Origin: Eledone cirrhosa
Lineage: Eukaryota
DNA: 64,000 nt
Reading direction: 5' to 3'
Assembly: GCA_964016885.1 (NCBI GenBank)
Contig: OZ024743.1
Span: forward strand, 307,954,001-308,018,000
Below, piece by piece: positions 42,130 to 53,439 of this stretch (position 1 is its first letter; each line of letters begins with the position of its first letter). The notes below the pieces were generated by a model. It had not been told where the DNA came from and made no database searches. It saw only the letters and a list, made by a program, of their open reading frames with translations. A program made the position numbers and the translations under genes.

Positions 42130-42780
42130 CAGTAAAGAAATCATTATTCTTATTACTTTCATATCTCAGTCATTATTTTACTGGATAATTTACCCTAATG
42201 ATCATCAAGCCACTACCTGCAGCAGCAGATATCCAGGACATATTGGAGGGTCCTTGCTGTTCCTAATAGGCATGCCTCCTGGAGTGTTCCAAAAAGAGGA
42301 CTGCGCTAATGTTCTTTAACCAGCCTTGAAAGCTCTTTGAGATAGTACCTAGTACTCTTATGAGAATGGAGATGACCTTGATCTCATGATAGTCCCAAAT
42401 CCTTTTCACTTCCCACTTTAGATCCTGGTACCGGTTAATTTCCTCCTCTTCCTTTTCTTTCACTCTTGTGTCAAATGGACAAGCTATATCTATGATCAAG
42501 CAAGATCTTTTTTCCTTGTCTAAAACCACCCAGTCAGGCCTATTGTGTTGTAATTCTTTGTCTATTTGTATCCTGAAATTCTACAGCACCATAACCTGAT
42601 CATTTTCTATCACCGACTCTGGCTTATGCACGTACCATTTCTTAGAATGAGGTAATTTGTTCAGTTTTTATAAATGCCAGTGAATTAATTTTCCTACAGT
42701 ATCACGTTTCCATCCTTTATAGTGATTCTGGGCTAGGTGTTTACACTCAGATATGATGTGAGCCACAGTTTCCTCTCTTT
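42130..42780 (-). mobile_element. decayed R4/Dong-like non-LTR element C-terminus (zinc knuckle plus RLE endonuclease)
   Basis: ETVAHIISEC..WYVHKPESV..HNRPDWVVLDK..LIIDIACPFD..KE..RYQDL motifs. Confidence 0.8.
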
Positions 42781-42817
42781 CTCTCTCTCTCTCTACAGCC
42801 TCCTCCTTTTATTATGG

Positions 42818-43440
42818 TTTGGCAGTATTGGCAGAGCGTCAGACATCATGCTTTGCAGCATAGAGTTTTGGCCCTTTACGATCTGATTTCAAATCCTGCC
42901 AAGGTTAACTTTGCCTTTCATCCTTACGAGGGTCGATAAAATAAAGCACCAGTAATGTACTGGGGTCAATTTAATCGACTTTCCCCTTCTTCCAAATACT
43001 GGCCTTGTGCCTATACTAGAAATCATTATTATTATTATTAGGGCGGTTGATAGGCAGTATTGGTAGAGCATTGGACAATTTTTTTTGTGCCATAGAGTTG
43101 CAGCCCTCTACATTCTTAGTTTAAATTCCGCCGAGGTTAGCTTTGACTTTCATCCTTATGGGATCAATAAAATAAGTACCAGTAATACACTGGAGTCAAT
43201 TTAATCAACTTTACCTTCACCCAAAATTGCTGACTTTGTGCCTAAATAAGAAACTATTATTATTTGGCAGAGTCATTAGGACGTCAGAATGCTTTATGGT
43301 ATTCATTCCTGCTCTCTGTGTTCAAATCCCGCCCAGGTCAACTTTGCCTTTCGTCCTTTCGAGGTCGATAAAATAAAGTACCAGTAATGCACTGGGATAA
43401 TTGCTGGCCTTGTGCCAAAAGTAGAAACAATTATTATTAT
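42818..43440 (+). mobile_element. three head-to-tail family A SINEs
   Basis: Each begins in the ATT tail of the previous copy. Confidence 0.85.
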
Positions 43441-44669
43441 TATCATTCTGTTCTATTTTCTTCTTATTATAAACTAAAATTGTATTCTGTAGAAAAAGCA
43501 CGTGTATTTTTGTTGAATAGTAAGTAATACATTGATTTCTTAAAATAAAAAAAAATACTGAGGTAATTTTTGGAAAATTTGCCAAATATTCAATTACTGG
43601 GTGAAAAGAAATATATGAAAACATTACGAAAGTCAAGTGAGACACTGATTGTGATTTTTTCATTCCGATGAGATTTTACTAATTTACATTTACAACGTAA
43701 CCCTAGTGATGGTAATTGCTTAGACAAGATAAACCTTTTCTTGTTTGAGTGAGTTAAGTAACTAATCTGAAACACTGTACACTCTGTACCAGATTTAGAT
43801 CTTTTAGGGCCCGAAGCAGTTCAGGTTTGGTGGGACCCTTCAAATAACACACACACACACACAATATATATATTTATATATATATATATATATACATACG
43901 TATATATATATATATATATTTTTCCATAAAATTGTAGGGATCTCAGCATGGTGGATAGCTGTAAACAGCCAATTGTTATGTGCATAGCAAACAGTTATTG
44001 GGTTAAAATATAACCAGTGGAAGAATGGAGAGAGGGGGTGAATGGAAGAAAGAGGGTCTAAGGCATGAGATGAGAAATGAGAGGGTTATATATAGAGAGA
44101 GAGAAGAGGAGAAGAGAAAAGCGGGTTTGAGATAGATGGAGTAGAAATTTTTGGAGAAATGCAAAAGATAAAAAATAATGGTGAAAGGATGAAGAATATA
44201 AACCAGAGAGAAATATAGAACTACAGCGTATGATTACCTCTTCAGCTTCCTTCTAGATGACAAGTAGGAAAAGAAAGAGAGAGAGTAAAGACCTAAAAGT
44301 TAGCAGGAGCTCTGTTTGAAGTGGGGGCTCTATTCAGAGAGGGTAGGGGACAGGGCATTTGCTTTCCACCGCCATTGGTAAATCCGACCTTGTGTATAAT
44401 GTGACATTTTCTTCAGTGACAACCTCATTGTTTTGACAACAAACCCAGGTACAACTACCTGCAATGTAGAGACACAGAAGAGGACTGAACACTAGGCATT
44501 GACTGGCCATTTCCTGTTCATGTTGGTTGTTATTGTGACCACCAGCAACCTCCGTCCTCTGACTGCCATTTTCCTCCACCAAATCAGGATTAGGGCATCA
44601 TTACTTAGGAAGGATCTCCTATGAGATGACATGACAAATGCAGTGAGTATCGCTGGCTTTATCATCTTT

Positions 44670-44850
44670 ATCAAGCCATTATTGTGGGAACCAACTCATG
44701 GGAGATGCAGTAAAGGAAGACCTGCTCAAACCTTCATCAATCAACCATCAGACAATACAAACCTCAGTAGGGAGCAGTTGTCAGGAGCAATGGAAAATTG
44801 TGAATTGAGGAGAGACTTTGTCATGGTTGAACATTCAATGTGATGATGAG
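44670..44850 (+). mobile_element. decayed RTE 3' fragment
   Basis: LLWEPTHGRCSKGRPAQTF motif, TGATGATG end. Confidence 0.65.
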
Positions 44851-45584
44851 CAATGCTTTCACCATATTATCTGCATGACACAGCTAACAAGTACTCTTCA
44901 GTTAAGGACATCAGATTTTCTCCCTCCTCCTCCCTATTTTTTTTTTTGCTGTTTTTTTCTTTTTCTTCCTTTCCTTTCTTTTTCTTTTCCCTTTTTGTCA
45001 TTCTAATATTGTTTAAAGTATTTTGAAAATAAAATTTACATTTTAGGGGAAAATTAACAAAATTTAACTTTATCTGTATTGTTAGGTTGAAGATGTAGAG
45101 AATAGCTAGAACCTGCAGTATATATTGCAGACACTGAGCTATTATCTCAAAGAATAAATAAATAAATAAATAAATAGGTTGATATGGTCCGTATCACTGC
45201 GCTGCATCACCAGAGCATATGTAAACTGCCTAAGTCAATAAATATCTTTGAGATAATAAACAAAGCTTCTTTTTCAATCAATCAGATATAACTTCTACTA
45301 AGATAGATATATTCATATAAATAGTCATTGATCTAATGATTATGCTAAATATCAGCTAGACATTTTCTCATCTCTATTCTTCTATATGCTGCTTATTTCT
45401 TATATTTTTGGTTATATTGTCATATTTTATTTTTAGTTGTTCTAAATACTAAAATATTTAATATAGATTCTCTGCAGGAATTCAGGAACTCTTTGTTTAT
45501 TTAATGACAGATTAGATGAAAAAAAAAATATCTTCTTTCACTATAAATTGGAGACAACTTTTCATTTCATCTTTTTAATGCAGA

Positions 45585-46650
45585 TAATCTTTCTACCAAC
45601 AGATGTTCTCTCTCGCAACAGATGTTCTCTCTTGCAACAGATGGTCTCTCTTGCAGCAGATATTCTCTCTTGCAGCAGATGTTCTCTCTTGCAGTAGATT
45701 CTCTTTCAGAGATTATAGTCACAGTTGTTCTTTCTAGTAACTGATGCTCTTCCTAACAACAGATCTACTTCCTAGCAACAAATATTTTTCTAGCCACAGT
45801 TGTTCTTTTTAGCAACAGATGTCCTGATAGTAACCAATGTTATTTCTAGCCACAACTGCTTTTCCTGGCAATAGATGTGCTTCTTAGTAGCATATGTTGT
45901 TTTTAACAATAAATGTCCTTTCTAGCAAAAATGTTCTTTCTAGTAACATACGTTCTTTTTCACAACAGATCTTTTTAGTAACACATCTTATTTCTAGCAA
46001 CAGATGTTTTGTTTTTCACAACAGATCTTTTTTCTAGTAACACATCTTGTTTCTAGCAACAAATGTTTTGTTTTTCACAACAGATCTTTTTTCTAGTAAC
46101 ACATCTTGTTTCTAGTAACACATCTTTCTAGTAACACATCTTTCTAGTAACATATCTTTCTAGTAACACATCTTTCTAGTAACATATCTTTCTAGTAACA
46201 CATCTTTCTAGTAACATATCTTTCTAATAACACATCTTTCTAGTAACACATCTTTCTAGTAACACATTTTTCTAGTAACACATATTTCTAGTAACACATC
46301 TTTCTTGTAACACATCTTTCTTGTAACACATCTTTCTAGTAACACATATTTCTAGTAGCACATCTTTCTTGTAACACATCTTTCTTGTAACACATCTTTC
46401 TAGTAACACATCTTTCTAGTAACACATCTTTCTTGTAACACATCTTTCTAGTAACACATATTTCTAGTAACACATCTTTCTTGTAACACATCTTTCTAGT
46501 AACACATCTTTCTTGTAACACATCTTTCTAGTAACACATCTTTCTAGTAACACATCTTTCTAGTAACACATCTTTCTAATAACACATCTTTTTAGTAACA
46601 CATCATTCTAATAATAGATGTTCTTTCTAGTAACATGTATTCTTTCTAAT
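45585..46650. repeat. minisatellite grading from diverged ~19-bp units to a homogeneous 16-bp unit (GTAACACATCTTTCTA)
   Basis: Homogeneous core at about 46115-46600. Confidence 0.9.
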
Positions 46651-46859
46651 TGTAGGTGTGCTTTCTAGCACCATCCATTTACTTATGGAATATGAATACC
46701 TGTTATTTTATAAATTAGGGTTCTCCAAAATTGTTCATATCAATTCCTAGCTGGTTGATGAGACTACCCAGGGGATTAATGGAACCTTTAGACCAAAACC
46801 TGAAATGAAAATACATAAAATAATACAATGAAATACAACTTGTTCAGACAGGTTTCTGA

Positions 46860-47110
46860 TTGCAGCCTGCAATGCAGAGGACAGGAAGACAAGCAAATAC
46901 TGGGACTTGTCAGGCCACTTCCTCTTTGTATCGGATGCTGATGAGACCTCAGGTGTCCTTGGACCCCATACAGCCAAGCTCCTCCATAAAATCAGAATGT
47001 CAGTAGCCCATCTGAGGTAGGGGCCGTATGAGGTGGGGTGGCTGTTGCAGCCGGTGTCACTGGCGGCCATTGCCTACAGAAATGCCTTTGCAGTTTAGTC
47101 CTTGGGGCAC
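46860..47110 (+). mobile_element. decayed CRE-like RLE non-LTR element C-terminus
   Basis: AEDRKTSKYWDL..FLFV..ETSGVLGP..LL.KI..AIAYRNAFAV resembles the K..KY / ET.G..G / AIQRGNA pattern. Confidence 0.6.
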
Positions 47111-47545
47111 AGCTAAAACACTGCCCCACCCTAGGCATAGAGCCTGTCACCCTTTCCTCCTCTCTTTCTTCCGTGTCCTGATAGTCCTTGTTCTTTCCCT
47201 CTTTTTCTTCTCATTTATGGCATCTATAGTCCTTTCCCCTACTTTCCTATTCACCCAGATCAGCCTTTCTTTACCCCTACCCCCTTTTTTTCACTACTTA
47301 ATTTTGTTTTTATCTATTTTCTTCCATATTTCCATTCATTGTATAACTTCTGTTTGTAAAATATAGTTGACACAATATGTTTAAATAAAGTGTTTTGCTA
47401 GATAAAAACAAACCAAAAAGAGCCGTAAAACTGACATATTCCTTTATATTTAAGTGATACACTCCTCTAGAGCAGAAATTTCTAAAATGTGTCATAATGA
47501 TATAGTGTTTCTTTGGTCTGATATGATGATCAGCTCCTTTCCCTT

Positions 47546-48408
47546 TTAACCCTTTTCATACCAATTTGTCTGGAACCATTCACGTTTCAATAGTTTAAAA
47601 CCAATAATATATTTAAAATAAAAACCTTTATTCTTCTTCGCCCACTTATTCCTGTGAGGGTCATGTGAGCAGAGTCCTCAAACACTCTTTCCAGTGGTTC
47701 CTGTCAGAAGCAACTGTCTCCAACTGATCTGGCTGGATGCCCAAGCATGACCAGCCAAGCTCATGGATGTTATCCAACCATCTTGCTTGGGGTCTATCCC
47801 TGGGTCTCCTGCCTGTTGGTTTTGCCCGTAAAAAAAGTATCGGAGCTGTGATCTCTGAATTTGGAGAAGTAATAGCTCTACTTGGAGTAACTCTCTGATA
47901 TCCAAGCTATGCACTCTATTAAGTAACATTACTCTAAAGACCCTTCAGAGGAATCCCATTTTGGCCGCTTGCATCCGCAATCATATTCTTTTGGTCATTA
48001 CCCAAGATTCATGACCTTAGGTAAGGGTTGGCACGAATACCAAATTGAAGATAGCGAGTTTGATTTTTATGCCTACCTCCTTTCTTCTGATTACTGAATG
48101 CTGAAGCTGGTGCATTACTGCACCAGCTCCTGCAACTCATGCACTTAATTCAGCCTTCTGCCTTCCATCACTCGTGAACACTGCCCAGAGATACTTGAAC
48201 TACTCTACCTGCTTCAGTGAAACTCCATTTAAATTTAAACCTTCCATCATAAATTTATATCAGAAAATTTTGTTATGTTTCAAACACTAGCTTAGAAATG
48301 AAAAGTTAGTTATATTACTAAATCACTCCAAATTCTTGAGCTTTTCTAAGCTTCATTGAAAATCATAGGCAATGTATTTCATTAGAATTATGGTAAGGGA
48401 AATGTTAA
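47546..48408. mobile_element. TTAA-flanked MITE-like element interrupted by a minus-strand RTE fragment (47630-48228)
   Basis: TTAACCCTTTTCATACCA ... TGGTAAGGGAAATGTTAA termini. Inner fragment encodes LKQVE.FKYLG..LLLLQIQRSQLR. Confidence 0.65.
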
Positions 48409-48757
48409 TTCTTCTCTCTATTGTTAGTCTGAACATGTACAGAACTGGAAACCAATTGATTCTGTTTATCACATTTGACTGAGATAAATATATATTGATT
48501 TCTTTATATTTGATACAATGCCAATTTTTGTAGAAGAGAATGTGTAGTCAAGTAATTGATGTATAGAATATGACTGGTATATATTTTATTGCCACTGGAG
48601 TGATAAAAAGACAAAGTTAAATCTAATGTAATGTTAAATTAAAGTGTAGTTGCTGTCAAGACCTCTGGTGTTCTAGGTCCCTGAAACAGCCATTTTCCTT
48701 TGCAAAATTGGAAAAATGGCTGTCTGCCTAAGGAAGAAGCCATGTGAGGTGGAGTGG

Positions 48758-49012
48758 CTGAAACTAGTAAAAAAAGGCAGTGTCCCAGCATAGTCACAGT
48801 CTAATGTCTGAAACTAGTAAATTAATGCAATGCTCCAACATAGCCATAGTCTAATAACTGAAACCAGTGAAAGAAGGAAGTGTCCCAGGATGGCCACTGT
48901 CTAATAACTGAAACCAGTGAAAGAAGGCAGTGCGCCAGCATGGCCAAAGTCTAATGACTGAAACCAATGAAAGAAGGCAGTGCCCCAGCATGGCCACAGT
49001 CTAATGACTGAA
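48758..49012 (+). repeat. 50-bp tandem repeat, about 5 copies
   Basis: CTAATGACTGAAACCAGTGAAAGAAGGCAGTGCCCCAGCATGGCCACAGT with exact 50-bp periodicity. Confidence 0.88.
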
Positions 49013-49090
49013 AGCAGTTAAAGGAATTAATAAAAAAAATATGTGTGCACAAAATGATAAAGTGCAGGACTAAATAATATCTTATTAGTA

Positions 49091-49091
<1 letters not shown>

Positions 49092-49121
<30 letters not shown>

Positions 49122-49687
49122 CTTCTTCTTCTTCTTCTTCTTCTTCTTCTTCTTCTTCTTCTTCTTCTTCTTCTTCTTCTTCTTCTTCTTCTTCTTCTTC
49201 TTCTTCTTCTTCTTCTTCTTCTTCTTCTTCTTCTTCTTCTTCTTCTTCTTCTTCTTCTTCTTCTTCTTCTTCTTCTTCTTCTTCTTCTTCTTCTTCTTCT
49301 TCTTCTTTCTCATGAGAGGGTCATGGAGGCAGAGTCCTCAAACATTCCCTCCAGCAAATCCAGTCAGAAGCAACCAACTCCACTTGATCTAGCTGGATCC
49401 TCTTCATAATTTTCATAAACAGGATTGACATGCACAGGTGGGTTGGAAGTGGTATCATGACTGACAGGTGTAGAATCAGACAGCTGGAATTTGTAGACGA
49501 CATGGTGTTACTTAACCCGACAGAAGGTAATCTCCGACAAGCACTTGATAGGTTTGCTGCTGAGTGCTGCACAGCAGGAATGAAAATCAGTGCTGCAAAG
49601 ACTGAAGCACTTGTCCTCACAAGGAAGCCTGTGTAGTGCACCCTACATGTGAATGGAGTTCTACTGAAGCAGGTGGAGAAGTTCAAG
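49092..49687 (-). mobile_element. 5'-inverted RTE insertion with ~70-unit (GAA)n tail and TAGTAAC TSD
   Basis: (CTT)n plus 3' end on - strand (to about 49397); RT fragment (EFVDDMVLL..GMKISAAKTE..VEKFK) on + strand. TAGTAAC at 49086-49092 and 49688-49694. Confidence 0.75.
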
Positions 49688-49879
49688 TAGTAACAGCTCT
49701 TAATTTCAAATTTTTTAAATCATCATCATCATCGCTACCAGTTAACATCTATTTTTCATGCTTACATGGGTTAGATGGGTTGTCACATTATGTAGGTAGA
49801 CAGGTCACATGATCATGCCTTGCTCACATGTGGCTTGGTTTTCCACAATTGGATGCTCTTCCCAATGCCTATCACTTTA

Positions 49880-51022
49880 CAGTGTGCACTGGGTGCATTT
49901 TATTGTGGCACCTGTACTACCACCTTACTAGGTGGAATAGGTACTTTTTGTCATGGCACCAGTACTACTACTTTACTAGGTGGCATAAGTACTGTTGGTA
50001 TGGCACCAGTAATACCACCTTACTAGGTGACATAAGTAGTTTGTCATGGCACCTGTACTACCACCTTACTAGGTGACATAAGTAGTTTGTCATGGCACCT
50101 GTACTACGACCTTACTAGGTGGCGCAAGTACTGTTTGGTATGGCACCTGTACTACCACCTTACTAGGTGGCGCAAGTACTGTTTGTCATGGCACCTGTAC
50201 TACCACCTTACTAGGTGGCATAAGTACTTTTTGTCATGGAACCAGTACTACCACCTTACTAGGTGGCATAAGTACTTTTTGTCATGGCACCTGTACTACC
50301 ACCTTACTAGGTGGCATAAGTACTTTTTGTCATGGCACCTGTACTACCACCTTACTAGGTGGCGCAAGTACTGTTTGGTATGGCACCTGTACTACCACCT
50401 TACTAGGTGGCGCAAGTACTGTTTGTCATGGCACCTGTACTACCACCTTACTAGGTGGCATAAGTACTTTTTGTCATGGCACCTGTACTACCACCTTACT
50501 AGGTGGCATAAGTACTTTTTGTCATGGCACCTGTACTACCACCTTACTAGGTGGCATAAGTACTTTTTGTCATGGCACCAGTACTACCACCTTACTAGGT
50601 GGCATAAGTACTTTTTGTCATGGCACCAGTACTACCACCTTACTAGGTGGCATAAGTACTTTTTGTCATGGCACCAGTACTACACCTTACTAGGTGGCAT
50701 AAGTACTTTTTGTCATGGCACCAGTACTACCACCTTACTAGGTGGCATAAGTACTTTTTGTCATGGCACCAGTACTACCACCTTACTAGGTGGCATAAGT
50801 ACTTTTTGTCATGGCACCAGTACTACACCTTACTAGGTGGCATAAGTACTTTTTGTCATGGCACCAGTACTACCACCTTACTAGGTGGCATAAGTACTTT
50901 TTGTCATGGCACCAGTACTACCACCTTACTAGGTGGCATAAGTACTTTTTGTCATGGCACCAGTACTACCACCTTACTAGGTGGCATAAGTACTGTTTGT
51001 CATGGCACCAGTACTACCACCT
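49880..51022. repeat. 48-bp minisatellite (CATGGCACCWGTACTACCACCTTACTAGGTGGCATAAGTACTTTTTGT) growing from an RTE-tail element (49722-49900)
   Basis: About 23 near-identical units, each with an internal CCACCT/AGGTGG hairpin. Confidence 0.95.
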
Positions 51023-52246
51023 TAATGGGGTGGGTTCTTTACAATATGATAATGACAACAATCGAAAGAAAGAAAAGGAAGAAAACAAAAACAATGAAGA
51101 AGAGAAAATGGAAAAGAGAAACTTCTTCACATTTGGCTGTCTAGTATATCTCAGCTACACAGCAAAGTGGATAAAAGCATTGCTGAAGAGAAGAGCCAGC
51201 ATTACTCACTTCATCAGCCACATTTTATGTCATGGAATTCCTTCCCCAGATGTTATACTTTTATCCTGATTCTGGAAAGAAAAGCAATAGTTTTAATAGT
51301 GACTGCCATGTTTTTGATTGTTTCATTATTATTTTTTTCATTATTAATTTTACATCGGAAATGAAGAATAGAAGAAAAAGAAAAGAAATAAAATGAAAGA
51401 CGAAATTAAACAATGAAATGAATCGAAGTGGGAGGGAGCGACAGTGTGTACTCCCTAGTCTGAGCGGTATCTTTCCGCTTTGTCCTGCAGACAAAATGTG
51501 AAGGTGACACTAGCTGGATGTCTTTCCGAACACCAAATATGTTACAGTGTGGACTGGGTGCTTTTTGTTGTGTCACCAACACAATCACCATACAGTGTGG
51601 AATGAGTGCTTTTTATTGTATCACCAACACAACCACCATATAGTGTGGACTGGCTGCTTTTTCTCCTGTCACCATCAGACCACCTTACAGTGTTGACTGT
51701 ACAGTGAACTCTTCAACCCCACAGCTATGCCTGCCCACACATCTCTTTATTGGGGTTTACGATTATAAACCCAGAAACATGGTTGTATATCACATATCAA
51801 AACCTTCAACTCTCACAGCTATGCTAGCACACTGATCTCATTTAGATACAATTCTTGAATGGATCTATCTTGTTCAAAGACAAAATAGTCAGTTGAAAAA
51901 ATGTTAGCAATTATCTGAATGCATTACCAATTCCTACTGGAACTAAGGAATATTTTCAATAAATCTTTCTTACAGGAATTTTAATATTAGAAGCTTCTGT
52001 GACTGAAATTTACAATAATCTATTAACAATTTAATAGTTTGTTGGCCAGTGTTGGATGTGTATTTATGACTGCATCAATATATCACATGTAAGAAAAATG
52101 GACACTGAATCATGATGATGATTACGATATGTATAGGGTTAGTGTTACGTTTATATATATATATATATAATGAAGGAAGTGTAGTAAGGAACCAGGTGGA
52201 CTATAACACACCAGAGTACTCAATACTTAGGGTAGTAGAGTGGGTA

Positions 52247-52361
52247 ATAGGAAAAGAGTCAGGACCCTAACGGCTGAGCTCCAGCCGTTTTGACAGCTAG
52301 ATCTGAACTAGCTGTTGAAACGGCTGGAGCTCAGCTGTCAGGATCCTGACTCTTTTCCTAT
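52247..52361. repeat. fold-back element, 54-bp arms, 7-nt loop
   Basis: 52247-52300 versus 52308-52361, 5 transition mismatches; ends in (TA)n. Confidence 0.92.
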
Positions 52362-52435
52362 ATACATATATATATATATAGAGAGAGGGTTGGTGTTTGG
52401 ATTCTGTTGATCGATTGGTTATTGATTAGGTGATA

Positions 52436-52534
52436 CCTGCTGATGAAGCCGCATAAGCCGATTGTGCATTGTTGCATACAGATGGTGCAGTGCACCTTAC
52501 TGCTGTATTAGTGCGGCCGAAACTCGAGTCCAGG
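52436..52534 (+). ncRNA. type I hammerhead ribozyme (Penelope/retrozyme-like, palindromic stem III)
   Basis: CCTG-CTGATGA-A-GCCGCA...TGCGGC-C-GAAA-CTCGAG-TC-CAGG; predicted cleavage after C52530. Confidence 0.8.
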
Positions 52535-52689
52535 AACTATTATAGGCACCCGTTTTACGTGTGTTGTGTTGAAGCAAATAACTATGTGTATACTCTGGGA
52601 ATGTATCTTACATTGCCTATTGAGTACGCTGAGATACAACCGGTACTGGCATTGATAAATATGCTGGGTCCGTCAACTCCTTTGACGTA

Positions 52690-52815
52690 TAGAGTTACGG
52701 CCCTTGCGATTCTGAGTTCAAATCCCGCCGAGGTTAACTTTGCCTTTCATCCTTACGGGGTCGATAGAATAAAGTACCAGTAATACACTGGGTAAGTGCC
52801 AAAAGTAGAAACAAT
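52690..52815 (+). mobile_element. SINE family A, 5'-truncated
   Basis: B-box through ACAATTATT tail. Confidence 0.85.
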
Positions 52816-52844
52816 TATTATATATATATATATATATATACATA

Positions 52845-53175
52845 CGCAACTCTTAGTGGTTAGAGCGTTTGGCTTGCAATCAGGAGGTTGTGAGTTCGGT
52901 TCTCGGACTGGGTGATGTGTTGTGTCCTTGAGCAAGACACTTTATTTCACGTTGCTCTAGTTTACTCACTGATAGAAATGAGCTGTGATGTCACTGGTGC
53001 TAAGGTGTATTGGCCATTGTCTTTCCCTTTAATAACATCGGTGGTGTGTAGAGGGGAGACTGGTATGCATTGGCAACTGCTGGTTTCCACAAACAACGTT
53101 CCCTGGACTTGTGCCTCATAGGGGAACTCTCTAGATGCAAATCCCATGGTCATTTGTGACCAAAACGGTTCTTTA
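52845..53175 (+). mobile_element. CORE-type tRNA SINE, non-RTE tail variant
   Basis: TTAGTGGTTAGAGCG..GAGTTCGGTTC head and TGTGTCCTTGAGCAAGACACTTT core; similar to 62527-62845. Confidence 0.85.
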
Positions 53176-53186
53176 CTATATATATA

Positions 53187-53353
53187 TAGAAATAAAAGGA
53201 AAGCACAAACAAGGGAGAGGTCCCCTCTTCAGTTGTCTGCTGGGGGTCTCGGACATTTCAAAGCATTGTCTTTAACGCGTTGAAACGTCCGAGACCCCCG
53301 GGGACAACTGAATAGGGGACCTGTTCCTTGTTTGTGCTTTCCTTTTATTTCTA
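53187..53353. repeat. fold-back element, ~75-bp arms, 18-nt loop
   Basis: 53187-53261 versus 53280-53353; begins in (TA)n. Confidence 0.92.
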
Positions 53354-53394
53354 AATACACTTTATCAAGTAACCACACAGCCCCTTTTTCCTTC

Positions 53395-53439
<45 letters not shown>

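Noticed and set aside
46714-46799. Alternative reading as a terminal exon FWSKGSINPLGSLINQLGIDMNNFGEP*
   Set aside because: As unsupported as the shorter reading, with no recognised homolog; left unresolved.
48951-49313. Poly-lysine ORF
   Set aside because: Translation of the (GAA)n retroelement tail.
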